Assembly (NCBI RefSeq): GCF_000315625.1
Contig: NW_005434634.1
Span: 210,531 to 274,530 of the forward strand
DNA: 64,000 nt
From: Guillardia theta CCMP2712
Taxonomy: Eukaryota > Protista > Cryptophyta
Reading direction: 5' to 3'
The position numbers and the translations under genes were made by a program. The notes under the pieces were generated by a model, which was not told the origin of the DNA, searched no databases, and saw nothing but the letters and a program-made list of their open reading frames with translations. Position 1 is the first letter of the stretch. Every line of letters begins with the position of its first letter. Shown in pieces: positions 1 to 11,976 of the stretch.

Positions 1-500
1 TTCGCACAGAGCAAGAATCAAGAAATACATAGGCTTTTTTGCCATCATGCATAACTCCCCACTGGTCTATCAGGAAGGCATCGTATCTATTCACTTCATG
101 AACCAACTACAACTCATCCAAAGGATCAACCTGTTGGCCAGCTCGCCGATCCCGTTCCATACTTGTGTTCCCTTCGTAGCGCTCTGACTCGCTTGGCCCA
201 TCAAAGATTGCACCCCGCGACTTCTGCTGATCCCGTCGACGGCTCTCTGATACGCACGAGGCAGCATGGTCGGTCTCATGGTGAACCCAACGCAGAGGTC
301 GAGCATGAGCCATACACCCGCGCCCACCCGCCATACCCCCATCATTGCTTGTATGAGGGAAATACCCTCTTCTCCACTCAGGCCCATTATCGGTTACAGT
401 TGCGTCAGGAATTCCGGTTACACTGCAACTGCAGCAACCGAGGTCTCCGTTGGAGCCAGGCCACTGTCAGGTGAAGGAGCACAACCGCAACCGGCAGCAT
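1..500 (-). CDS. HAD-superfamily subfamily IIA hydrolase (TIGR01459-like), 5' part; runs off the window start
   Basis: Spliced minus-strand reading gives VWNGIGELANR|YDAFLIDQWGVMHDGKKAY (exon about 29-86), which is HAD-IIA motif I (DxWGV.HDG). The start is uncertain; a candidate ATG at 500 gives a hydrophobic leader MLPVAVVLLHLTVA-W. Confidence 0.7.
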
Positions 501-543
501 GGCGTGAGGGGCGGGGGTGGCGGCGCTTGCAGGAGCTGACGAC

Positions 544-3035
544 ATGGACGGGAGAGCATCGAACAAGGCCGAGAGAAAGGAGAGGAGGAGGAGAAACACT
601 CGGAGTATGAACGACCTCCCGCGGCCAGACACGTCAGCACAATACCGCGAGTTTGTGAGAGAGCTTCACTTCAGACAGGATGCGATACGTCAGAAGCTCC
701 ACTCGTTGCCTGAGATAGAGAGGTCTTGTAGCAGATCTGTTACATGAGACCCTGCGTTGATCTGATCAACAGGAGCTCGAAGCAGGAGCCTCTGACCATT
801 CACAAGAGCAAGAGCAAGAATAAGGGGTGATCTCTACCCTTGGTTTTCGATTCTCGATATGATTCTTTCATCATGACAGGGGGCCAACGTTACCTGAGAT
901 CAAGTATGTTGCGACGGACTACTTCAACCACGAGATCAAACCAAAAATCATGAAGATGCTTCCGAGTTTATCACACCAGTCTTACCGTGCTGATTCGTCG
1001 CTTCAGCAATTGAGCTCAACATCTACGACAACTTCTGTTTTCATCACCGACAATCCTGAGACGGAGAGGAACAAGGTGATGGTGAAGAAGAAGCAAGCAA
1101 ACAATTCGTACAATGAGGTCGTACTTGACGATATCGTGGCTTGGCAACCTGGTAAAAAAGATGTCATGTATCGCTCCTGTGATTCAGTCTCATTGCCCTC
1201 AGGCCTTGTACAGCGAGCTATGGACGGGAGAGGGATTTTGAAAATTCGCAGCGAGAAGGAATTCTTGCCAAACACTTTAGACACGGGGATGGCCTTGCAG
1301 AAAGCACAAGGCGTTGTCAAGTTGGTCCAGCTGCGTGACAAGGTGGAACGCTCCTCTGCGCAGTAGATGTTTGCTTCTCACTCAGTGACAGGTCATCAAG
1401 ACAAGAATGCAAGCCAAAGGCAACTTCAAGGGGGAGTTGCTACCCATAGCACCTCGCTCGGATGTTGATTTCGTGACGCAAAACAAGCACAAACAGTTTC
1501 AAAGCACCCAAGACGCTAAGATAACGGATCTCTTGAAGGTAGAGCTGCCTCTAGCTCAACCTTCTTGTTCTCACTTTTTGCAGGCTTGCGCTGAGAGGGT
1601 CCAGAGAGAACTCGAAACATGCGAGCGGGCGATCGTAAGGTAAGCATCACTTAGCAGCCATGAACCTGTTGAGATGAGATTCAAACAGCGAGTCTGAATG
1701 GAGAAAGGACGTGGAGGTGAAGCTGATAGCTCGCCAGGAAAGAAAACATCGCAGATCTCAACAGGCCCGATGGCTTCCGCTTGTTCTCCTTGCTGCAGCG
1801 ACTGCCCGCATGATGAAGGTGGTGGCGATCAACCAGGAGCTGAGATATGCCGTGCGAAGAAGGCAAGCCGCAGCTTCGAGGATTCAGAACACTTTCAAGG
1901 GTATCATGCGTCGTCGTCATCAGCTCAAGATAAGCTTGAAGGCAGCACGTTACATGCAGTACAAGATGAAGAGATGGACCTCGTGGCTACATGAGAACAC
2001 TCTCAACAGGAGCATAGACCTTGTCAAGAAGCTTCTCTATGACTTCTCCAAGATGAGGTCGTTTGCACGCCACCTTTCTGCCTTCAAGAAGAACCTGAAG
2101 AAATGCCAAGACTTTGCGCGCGCGTTTCTGCAGGGGATTCAGAAGAGGAGGATAGAAAATCGCAAGTTGTGGGATCAGATTGCAAAGGATATGATTGGTG
2201 ATGAGAGTTCACGAATGTGGATGTTTCGACTCCTGAACAACACAAGATACGACACAAAAAGACAGAAGTACATCAGCGAACGACAGAGTTTCAAGTACGC
2301 AAAGCTCGAAGGTCAATCTATGGAGGAATACCTTCAATCTCATCCTCTGGCTAGAGATTTCCTCATTGATCAGGAGATACGGGCGATGCGGATTGAGTAC
2401 GTCGCTGCGTTGCGCGAGTACGCCAAGGCGCTTGAGATCTACAAGACCAAAGTCAAGGCGTACAGTCTCGTGCAGGAGATGGGCATCGATGCTGACTTTG
2501 CAAGAGCCAAGTTTGGGATCCAGTCGCTCCGACCGAAACCGATCTACCCAATCAAGTGCCCGCGCAAGGTGACACGCGACGTTTCCTGCTGCCTCTCACT
2601 TGTTGTCAGGTGCTCCGCCGACATCTGGAAGAGACGCTGAAGGCGATCGGCGTGAGAGACTTCGTTAACGACGAACTGTTCGAGGAGATGAAGAGCCGGA
2701 TCGACACGATCCTCAAGGAAGCGACAGCAAAGCTATCGAAGCTCGTGGACACGCGGACGAGCGCTCGGGAGCTCTTCGACTTCATTGACGAGAACAACAA
2801 CGGGACGCTGGAGGAGGAGGAGGTTCAAAGCTTCATGCAGAGCATCGGGGTGAAGATCAACTCTCAAGAGTCTCGAATCCTCTTCGTGCAGCTGGACATC
2901 AACAACGACGGGAGTCTGTCGTTCCCGGAGTTTATGGACCGGCTCCTTAACTGGAACATCCAGGACAAGAAACCCTCAAGGAATCGTGAGAAGTCTGTGG
3001 TCTTGAAGGCTCAATTCATGCAGGAGTCGGACTGA
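544..3035 (+). CDS. IQ-motif and EF-hand calcium-binding protein (multi-exon)
   Basis: IQ-like AAASRIQNTFKGIMRRR (about 1866-1917). Two canonical EF-hand loops, DENNNGTLEEEE and DINNDGSLSFPE, in the last exon. Short GT-AG introns link ORFs 517-747, 950-1366, 1407-1643, 1711-2640 and 2556-3035. Confidence 0.7.
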
Positions 3036-3068
3036 GGTTTCATCGTGTATATACATCAAACATGTAGA

Positions 3069-5802
3069 TCAAACGCGGCTGTGTTGCCCCGATACTTTCT
3101 TCTCGATCTAAGTGAGAGGAGTGAGAGGGTGGAACGTTAGCAGTGTGAAGGAAATTTTAGAGCTCACCATGTGCTTCATGATCTTGCCCGAGGAATTGGT
3201 TGGAAAATCGGCATCCCTCCACACGATGATCTTGCGCGGGACCTGAATTCAAAGTTGAGACGAGCAAACGTTGGTGTACACTCGATGTCACCTTGAAGGT
3301 GGACAGGTGACTTCTGCAGAATTCTTGCAATCTCAGCGTAAAGTTCGCATCCTCCGTGTGTCCGATGGGACCACTCGGAATGATTGCAGCGCAAACTATC
3401 TCACCCATCTCAGCATCTGCAAGTCCGAACACCGCGGCCTGATTGCCACGAGTTGGACAGCCCAAGTAGTCAGAAACAAGTTTGGAGTAGTTCCATCTTA
3501 GACCTGTCTAACTTCTGTGTGAAGACGAAGTACGGACTCAACTTCGGTAGCATACAATTTCTCTCCTCCAGAGTTGATTCTTTTCGAATGGCGGTCAGAA
3601 CGCCACATGCAGTAGCGACAACCGACCTCTCTGAGCTCCTGGATACGAAACAAAGGTTGCCGTCCAGGTCAAGGAAACCATAATCTCCTATGATCAGCCA
3701 TCCATTCTTCAGCACTTGCCTTGTCTGCACTTTCACATGTCACAACAAGGACGGTAGAGTGCAGCAGCAATCGCGCCTTGTCGGGCTGGTTGAGATATCC
3801 GAGCATGACATGAGCTCCTCTTGTGCAGATGAGGCCAACTTTGCGGATGGGAAGGAAGTTGAAGTTCTCGTCGACGATCTGCAAATCTCATCATCTCCTC
3901 CTTTGCGATCCTTGAACGTCCTCACACAAATCTCTACATGATGCGCTGGTCTCCCGACCGCAAACCCCTTGACCTGGTCCTCTAAGTAAACCTCTAGATG
4001 AAAGCAGGAGCTTCTACAATACCTCCTCACCAGACACATCGAAACCAGTCCTTGGCTGCAAGCTTTGAGAGACGTTCAGAGTCATCATGCACACCAGCCC
4101 TCTCACCTCATCTTGACTGAGCCAACAGAATCTTCCACCAATCGCCTGAGCTTGTAACCTCCGATCAACGCGAAAGATATCTGGGTGGCGCGATCATCAT
4201 CAACATCCCTCATCGTACTCTGTCGTCATTCAGACCGACGAGCAAGCTTCTGAGCAGGCATATGTCTGTATGAAATTGGCTTGCGGGAAGATTTTCTCGC
4301 AAGCAGCAAGAAGGTCTGCCGTCATCGCTTGTCCACCGACAAGAATCTGTCCCAGGATAGGGCCAAAAACGAAGAGGAAGGGAGGGGAGGGGAGGGGAGG
4401 GGAGGGGAGGGGAGGGGAGGGGAGGGGAGCAGAGTACGGGAGAGGGAAAAGGGGACAGTGAAAGTTGAACACGGTCAGGAACGCCCTACCTAACAAGATT
4501 CCTTGCAAGGCTTACCGTGGACACCGTTGGAAACTCGGTGATCTGGCAGGAAGAGCTCGGCTTCTGCTTTCTCCTGCGGATGTCTCTTACTTGACCAACA
4601 TTCAGAGGGAAAGCAAAGTTCACCCGTGGATGTCTTTCACAAGCAAGGAAAGCATTGAAGGTACCACAACCAAAGTTGTAATTTTTTCATCAAGAATGCA
4701 CTTTTGATCAAAACAGGGAGCAATGTCACTGAATTGCCAATGATCTGCAATGTGGCTACTTTGAAGAAATTTGTAGGATCGAACTTGGGCAGGAACACGT
4801 GTGTCCCTCCGACCATCGTGACGGCGATGGCAGAACTGATGCCACCAACATGAAACCTTGAGCATCAGGTCATGGAGTCGAACAGGGCAAGTCACAGCAA
4901 GTGCAGTAACGTGAAATTCAACTCACATGGGTACAGCGTTCAGGTATCTCGTTTCTTCTGAATACTCAACCTGATTGATCTTCTCGATAGCTTGAATGAT
5001 CTGCGCAAGGCCAGTACATTCAAAACAAGTTACCATTACGTCATATCGTCACCTGATTTTGATGGGTCAGCATTACTCCCTTGGGTTTTCCTTCACTCCC
5101 GCTAGTGTAAATTATCGTGCTCACGTCGTCTTCTCGCGCGGGTGTCGTGCTTGAGCTTGCAAGGCTGCTTTCTTCCCAACCATTCTGAGCCTTCATAAGC
5201 AGCTGATGGTGTGTGAAGATTGTGATTTCGGGGATCTTTGTTCTCAGCGCTTTGAGCTCTGTGTCTTCACTCTCTCTTGAGCCCAGGAGCACAGCGACCA
5301 GAGGGCAGCGCTTCATTGTCAACTCCTCGAGCATGGTTGACAACCTCTGAGCCAAGTCTGCCTCCAGCACCAGGAGGCCGATCGAGCTGTCCTGAATCGC
5401 GAAACGAATCTCTTGCATCGACCATCTGTTCAGACATCACAGCCCTGCGCTCTTGGCAGCAAAGACTCACCGGATGTTGATCGGCACGAACACCTGCACA
5501 AGTTCTTGTTAGGCTGCTGGTGCAGGAGCAGGGAGATATCTTACAGCTCTGAGCTCCGCGACAGCGTACATGTACTGCAGGAAGATGTCGCTGTTCTTCG
5601 CCAGTATGCCAACCCTGTTTCCGGTCCGGATCCCGAGGTTTTGCAAGGCTGTAGTTATGCTTCTCACTCGCAACAACATCGTTCGCCATGTCTCGGTTCT
5701 CCCCTACATGTTATGATCAGAGAGTTGCAGACACTCTTCGTCTACGTCTCTTTCTGTTACAACTGATGCCATATCCCTGATCTTGGATGGCTCGAGCCTC
5801 AT
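3069..5802 (-). CDS. menE: o-succinylbenzoate-CoA ligase (MenE, plant AAE14-like), multi-exon, C-terminal PTS1-like SRV
   Basis: AMP-binding motif IIYTSGSEGKPKGV. Further motifs RVGILAKNSDIFL, PINIR|WSMQE, FHVGGISSAIAVTMVGGTHVFLPKFD, QTYACSEACSS, VGRPAHHVEI, TRGAHVMLGY, GDYGFLDLDGNL and FK|VPRKIIVW..FPTNSSGKI closely parallel Arabidopsis AAE14 as recalled (HIGGLSSAMAMLMVGACHVLLPKFD, SAYGMTEACSS). The last exon, 3069-3107, reads IEKKVSGQHSRV*. Start at 5802 or 5772. Confidence 0.85.
4378..4428. repeat. (GGGGA)n pentamer microsatellite in a menE intron
   Basis: About 10 tandem GGAGG/GGGGA units directly visible. Confidence 0.9.
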
Positions 5803-6450
5803 CTGCCCACCGCAACCCCTTTGCTCCCTTTCTTTCATCCTCCCTTACGATATCACCTCTGATCCGCTCCCTGCCTTCCTCCCCCCCTCCATCACCTCTG
5901 CTCCTCTCCCTGCATGCTGCTGTCTCTCCTTCTCTCTCGCATCTTCGCTCACCTCACATCTCGTCGCTTCTCTCCCGCCATGGCAACTCTCTGCCCGACG
6001 AACAGCAAGAGAAAGCGAAGCCATTGCACCCCGACAACCTGCCCTCATCCCACCTCACCCGCCTTATTTTAAAACTGTCTGATTATAGAGCGCTAGGTTG
6101 CGGGCCGGGCCCGGCCCGGTCCGCCGGATCACTGAGTGACCGGACTGGGAGTCAGCCCTGTGGGCGGCCTTTGCACTTCAAAGAGGCAGCAAAGATACAA
6201 GATTTACGTCATTTTAAGGTCAATTGATGATAACTTTCATTTGACTTCTATACTTCATGATTCACAGAAAGCAATTTTTCAATGTGCGAAAGCCCTCCTG
6301 CAGTAAAATCTTCAGATGAGTTCATCGCTCCTCCTCTGAGTACCAGGAGGACATTTCATGAGGACTGGCAAGCCAGAGGCAAGGGCAGGATGGTTCATGA
6401 TCGCATCTCCATAGACGTCGATAGCATCTGGGCATGGGGTCACGCTGATC

Positions 6451-7716
6451 TCAACAAGAGGATGACGCACTGAAGCTGCGGAAGAAAGGAAGTTTGTCCA
6501 GCTCTTGAGCAGAAAGTCCCTGTACCTAAACTGCCGTGAGGAAGAGGCGAGCAGGGAGTGTAGCTTTCACCTCGCTCTGAGACTGAGAGCCATTCCCGCT
6601 GCCTCCCTCGTTCTGTCCCTGCAGTCTCGCAGCCAGCCTGGCAGCAAGATCCCCGCGCTTCACCTTGAGGGCCATCATAATCAAGATGATGGTGCTAGTC
6701 GAGGTACCGGAGGAGGAGGCGCCGAGTTGACAGTAACCTTGGCTGAGCAGAGGTGCCCTTTCTTTTCTGCTCCACACTTGCTACACCGGTAGGGGCGGCG
6801 AGCTTCTGTTGCCTTGGAGTTGGAGGAGTGCATCGCTCCAGAGTCGCTGGCGCTCGGAACCCGCCCGCACTGCATGCCAGGAGAGCTCGCAGAGAGGTCG
6901 GAGCGATCACCTGACTGGCCTTGCGTACCCGGCGACTCACCTTGCACGTTGGTCTCCGACAACATCTGCAGACGCATGCATCATCATTGCAGCCTCGTCC
7001 CGACACTCAAGACGTACAGGATTGGCACGCATCTCGTCCATCGGGGAGTCGAGGCTCAGCGAGGACATATGGCCCTGATACGGCATGTTCAGCGCACAAG
7101 CACAAACATGCGCAGCCTGCACCTGGCCCTCTCCTGCTTTCGAATGCGCTGGGCTTCCATACCCACGAACATGCGGCGACTGCGAATCTCTTCCGAAACC
7201 TCTGTGCCCGTTGCTCGCTGGCTCGGGGAAGTTTCCCAGCTGCCTTGACTGCGGTGTATGCGGAGTCTTCGGGGTACTGGGCGGCGGGCAAGGAAGCATA
7301 GCAGGTGACATGGGAAGTCGATCGCCTGTGCCAACATGGGACATCACTCCTTCATGATGGCCTGGTTTTGTCTTCCTCTTCTTGACTGGCTGCTGAGACA
7401 GCTGAAGGATGATGTTTGCTATCTGGGCTTGCTCGGAGCTCGCGTCATCCTCGTCCATGGTGCACTTTTCACCCAGAGCTCTTGGGGAGTTGTCCAGCTC
7501 TACTCCGCCATCGGCTGTGGGCTCATCGCTGTTCGATGGGCTGCAGGTCTCAGTATCCTTCTCAGGACGCGGTCCGGCTTTACACTTCTCCTCCGGAGCC
7601 CCGCTGCTCTATGAAGTCAGTTCGTCGCTCATGATCGAGAGCTCCATGGCTCACCCTTCTGTGCACGAACCGATCTTCGTGTCGCAGACTGCAATCGGAG
7701 AGCTCGTGGGTTTCAT
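6451..7716 (-). CDS. Hypothetical protein with a CxxC..H.C zinc-knuckle-like motif, possibly nucleic-acid binding
   Basis: RRPYRCSKCGAEKKGHLC (about 6752-6805). NLS-like PVKKRKTK. Low-complexity S/P-rich body. Spliceable with short introns. Confidence 0.55.
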
Positions 7717-8699
7717 GGGAAACTTGAGAGCTATCCAATAAAGCGGTTTGTAGATACAACCGCTATTCTGTCATTGAAGTTGAAGAGAAATATTGAACTC
7801 AGCTGCAGAACATGAAAGTGAGTACATTTACATGCCATTCGAATCATCTTCTAGCATCAAAACCTCATATGAAACAATCGTACCAACACATGTGTGTCTA
7901 CATATCATCAGGATATCTCATCAGGATATCTCATTCGGTCGATCGTTCTTGTCCAGTGCCCCCAAAGTCTCGACAGCCCTCTCTCATCTCTTCCTCCTCA
8001 CAGCCTCCTCATCATTCAAAGGAACAGGTGACTCGGCATATCCTCTCATTATCTCATCCTCGTCGTACTCCTCTCGTCGCCAATCTGCCATGGTTTCCTT
8101 CTGTCCCACAGCCCCACTTGCCTCCCGCCATAGTGAGAAATCATCCCATAGCATCAAGTTTATCCCCACCCTTCACCCCTCTACCGAATCCATCAATGAC
8201 CCACCTATAGTCCTGTATTTAAAACTATTTTGTATAATTTTCATCTATAGTTATTAATTATCAAATGAAACTTTAGTTGTTATAGTACCAATTATTTAAC
8301 TCTATCGATGACCCATAGCTTTGTAAACCTTTCATGGTAAATCTCCTGCCGCCTCCACTTGCCCCCGAGAATATTTCCTAAATCGGGAAATTTCAGTTAT
8401 AGTCGTTACAGAACTTTGTACATTTCAGATCGGACCGTGCGGCCCGGGCCGGCCGTTGAAGCCGCGCCGTTCCGGATCGGAGGTCCGATGACGGACAGTT
8501 GGCGTCGGCCCGGGCAGTACGAGGACAATCAGGGCAGTTGTCCGAGTCCGAGTGACTGGTCACCGCCGGGTGGCACCGTGACTGCATTCCGAGGGCCCGG
8601 GGTCCGGATCCGATGATCCGGGCCGGCATCACAGTGGCACAGTGTCACGTAGTCGAGCGGACTCGTGACAGGAAGGAAGATCTATTGAAGGAAAACAAA

Positions 8700-8713
8700 C
8701 TAAAGAATAAAAA

Positions 8714-8766
<53 letters not shown>

Positions 8767-9351
8767 ACGTCTGAGAGGCCATGAACTTGTCGTATGCTCT
8801 CTTGGCCATAATGGAAAGTTTGGTGCGCAAGGAGCGGCTGGAACTTCTCCTCGACAAGCACTGCGGGACGACTCAGATGATGAGTGTGAGGAGGAGGAGG
8901 GAAGAAAAGGGGGAAGAGAGGAGGGGAGGAGGAGGAGAAAGACTTGTTACATTGAGATTGGAGATGAATCGCTCGAGCGTTTCTCGTTGAGGAGATCCTG
9001 TCAAGTGAGTCAACAACAGAGCAGAAAGACTGATGATGAAGGTAGTGGTGATGAAGAGAGAGTGGAGGAGGAGGAGGTTCAGGAGAAATCAAGGTAGCAC
9101 GAGTAGCAAGGAAGGGGAGGGGAGACGGCGGAAAGATGACGGAGGAAGGACGAAAGAAAGAAGATGGAAGAGTAGACCGAGCGAGAGTGGCAGGGGGAGA
9201 GCAAGGCAGAGCAGTAACATCACCTTTCTGGAGGAGCCAGGATTCCAGTCGGAGCAGAGTGAAACCTTCCATCTTGACACCCAGCCTCACAGCTTGCTCG
9301 CACTGAGCCTCTACCTGCGGTCAGGAGCATCAGGCCGCGGCGTCAAAATCT

Positions 9352-9403
<52 letters not shown>

Positions 9404-9425
9404 TCACTCCTCCTCCTCCTCTTTA

Positions 9426-9456
<31 letters not shown>

Positions 9457-11976
9457 TCTTCTCTTGTGCCCACCTGCTCGACGGCACTCTCATCCTTGAC
9501 AGCAGCAAGTGTCAACTGCAGCAGGGGAGGAAGCAGCGCATACCTGCCAGCAGAACAAGGCGTTCTCTCCTGCGAAACCGATGTTCGCCTCTGCCGCAGC
9601 CTGAGCAGCATTGCGAACCAGGTCCTCAGGACGAGACCTGAGAGAAGACTAAGGAGCAGGAGGAGGGACTGAGCCTGTCCTTACATCGCAAACCAGGACT
9701 GACTGCCGTCCAGCATCTCGAAGCAAGTGAAGTCCAGGACCTGAAATTGTCGTGACGCTCGAGCCTCCTGCTTCATTTCTCCTCACCGTGTTTGTCTTGG
9801 CGAGCATCTGGCAGATGTCGTGGAGATAATCCCCGACATACCCAGCAGTGGCCTCGGCAGCCTGTCCAGCAAGGTGAGAGGGCGGGAGGGAAGTGGAGTA
9901 TGACGATACATGGGAAGGATGAGCACGGAGCCAATGGATGCCGGAGACCTGAGACAAGTGAGGGAGAGGAAGAGAAGAGAAGGCGTGAGGGGAGGGGAGA
10001 GCAGGAAGGAGCGGAGGTAGGAAGGAGTTGAGAGGAGGAGTTCAGGGCTTTCTGTTGCAGCATATCCACCTTGGCGGCCAATCTCATCTCGTCACCAAAA
10101 ACCCGGCGGGCGACCTGAAAAAGTCCCTTGAGCTCCTTCGCCAGCAGCGAGCGACATCGAGATACCGAGAGGATCTTCGAGCCGTGCTCCAGGAGGAGCG
10201 AGAAGTACCAGCTGAGAAACCTGAGACCCCAGCTCAGCACCAGGTGGCCGAGAGGGTGCCAAACATGTCCTACTTCTGTCCTTCCGGGGTATCATGACGG
10301 ATCTCACCATCTTCACAAGGTGTCAGGTACTTGGGACAAGCTCCCTACCTATCCTACCAAACTTCTCCTGTCGTGGGATGACACAGCTCAGCAGCATCTG
10401 GACTGCTCCCTGCGTCCCGATGTCAGATGCATGTGTCAAGAGCTCCTCCGTCTCGCCTCCGGCACTCCTGCCTTCCTTGCCTTGCTCCCTCCTCTCACAC
10501 ACCCTCCCTTACTTCCCATCTCTTCTTCTCCACATCCTTCTCACCTGGTCCTGGATCGGCCTGGCCCAGAAAGGAGCATCATCTGGAGCATCGTTGTAGC
10601 AGCCGAGCCCGGGGAGAGGAGACGGCAATCCTAGCTCGTTCTGCTCCACCCAAAGCTCAGCACTCAGCAGACTTCCTACTCCTCCTCCTCACCTTCAAGC
10701 TTCGCAGCATCCCGGCATCGTAGCATTGCATCTCGCCTGTTTTACGTCATAGTCTTCCTCCCCCTTCCCAGCTCCTCACCTATTCCCGGCCACCTCCAGC
10801 CAGCAGGGAAGTGTTCTCGAGGGCTGAGAGGGTAGGACGGGTACCTGCTCAAACTTGTTAAAACCTCCAGGAAACCCCCAGCTGGACGACCTGAGCTCGC
10901 CACACGGGCCACAGCCAACCTGAATCTCAACAAGAACTCCAGCCTTGACGAAATCCTAAGGGAAGCAGACGTGAGCGTGTGAAGATGTTTAATTCAACAA
11001 CTCAGATTGCCTGTGTGGCTTCGAGGAAAGCTGTCATGAAGTCTTCGTAGAGCTGGAGTGCTGAAAAGGACGAGGGTGAGGAATTACTTGAGAAGATAAG
11101 GGGTGGGAGGGAGGGAGAGAGGGAGTAGGGAGTAGGGAGGAGGGAGGAGGGAGGAGGAGGGCGCATTCCGCACTGACCCGTCCGAGCTTGCTTGCTGTCT
11201 TTCTGTCGTTCGCATCGTGTAAGAAGGAGAGGACTGCACACATACAGACAGAAACAACCTTGGGAGGAAACACCGCAAGCTCGTCGCAGCTAGTCAACGG
11301 ACAGTCAAGAAACCTCCAAGTGGGAAGCCATCAACATACCTGAGAGATATGTACTCCCTGCTGGGGTCGCCTCTCTGCCAAGACCCCGCAAACTCAACCA
11401 CCCCGGCATTCCACTCACCTCAGCCACCTCCCTCACCTGGTCCCTATAGAACAGCTCGGGGACCTTCTCCTCCAGGTCAAGCACCCATTGGGGCAGTGGG
11501 ACGTTTACGCTGTCTCCGATGTTCCCCCCGCATGCATGGAAGGACATCACAGCTTGTACCTGCAGCCCGAGGTCCTTGCAGCGCTGGAGCAGGTCAACAT
11601 ACCCAGAGAAGTTGTATATCCCTGCCTCCTGCTCGCACAGACCCCACCATACATCCACCATGATCCCGTCCGCAGACACTTCCTTCGCCCCAGGCAGCAG
11701 CTCCGCTGCGTTTTCGCTCAGCTCTCCACTGGTCGAGTTGACGGTATCCAAGGGCATCATGAGAAAGACGGGAACCCTCGGCGCATCCTTCAAGCTGCTC
11801 TTCGTCCTCTTGACGCTCTGCACTTTTTTCCCTCCTCGCAGCTGCAAATCAGATCGCACGCTGCTGCTGCTGGCGAGCTCGCCGCGTACGTTGTTGAGCA
11901 AGAAGCCGACGATGAACGCAATGAAGAGCGGTAGACAGACTTGATTGAACATGATTGAGCCAGTGAACATCTTCAT
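8700..11976 (-). CDS. BAM: Beta-amylase (GH14) with N-terminal signal peptide and LQLRGG leader, multi-exon
   Basis: VPVFLMMPLDTV, DGIMVDVWWG, VMSFHACGGNIGD, GPCGELR|YPSYP (catalytic Glu), PGIGE, FLSWY, K|VSGIHW, HAAEATAGY, LDFTCFEM, AGENAL (second catalytic Glu), FTLLRL. The 3' end is approximate (8700-8766). A possible in-frame upstream mini-exon starts at 12053 (MSGNEE). Confidence 0.93.
8715..8764. repeat. (CTG)16 trinucleotide repeat at the 3' end of the beta-amylase gene
   Basis: Directly visible; would encode poly-Q if in frame on the minus strand. Confidence 0.9.

Noticed and set aside
8781-10723. Several plus-strand ORFs suggesting a separate gene
   Set aside because: The minus strand carries consecutive GH14 motifs across the whole region.
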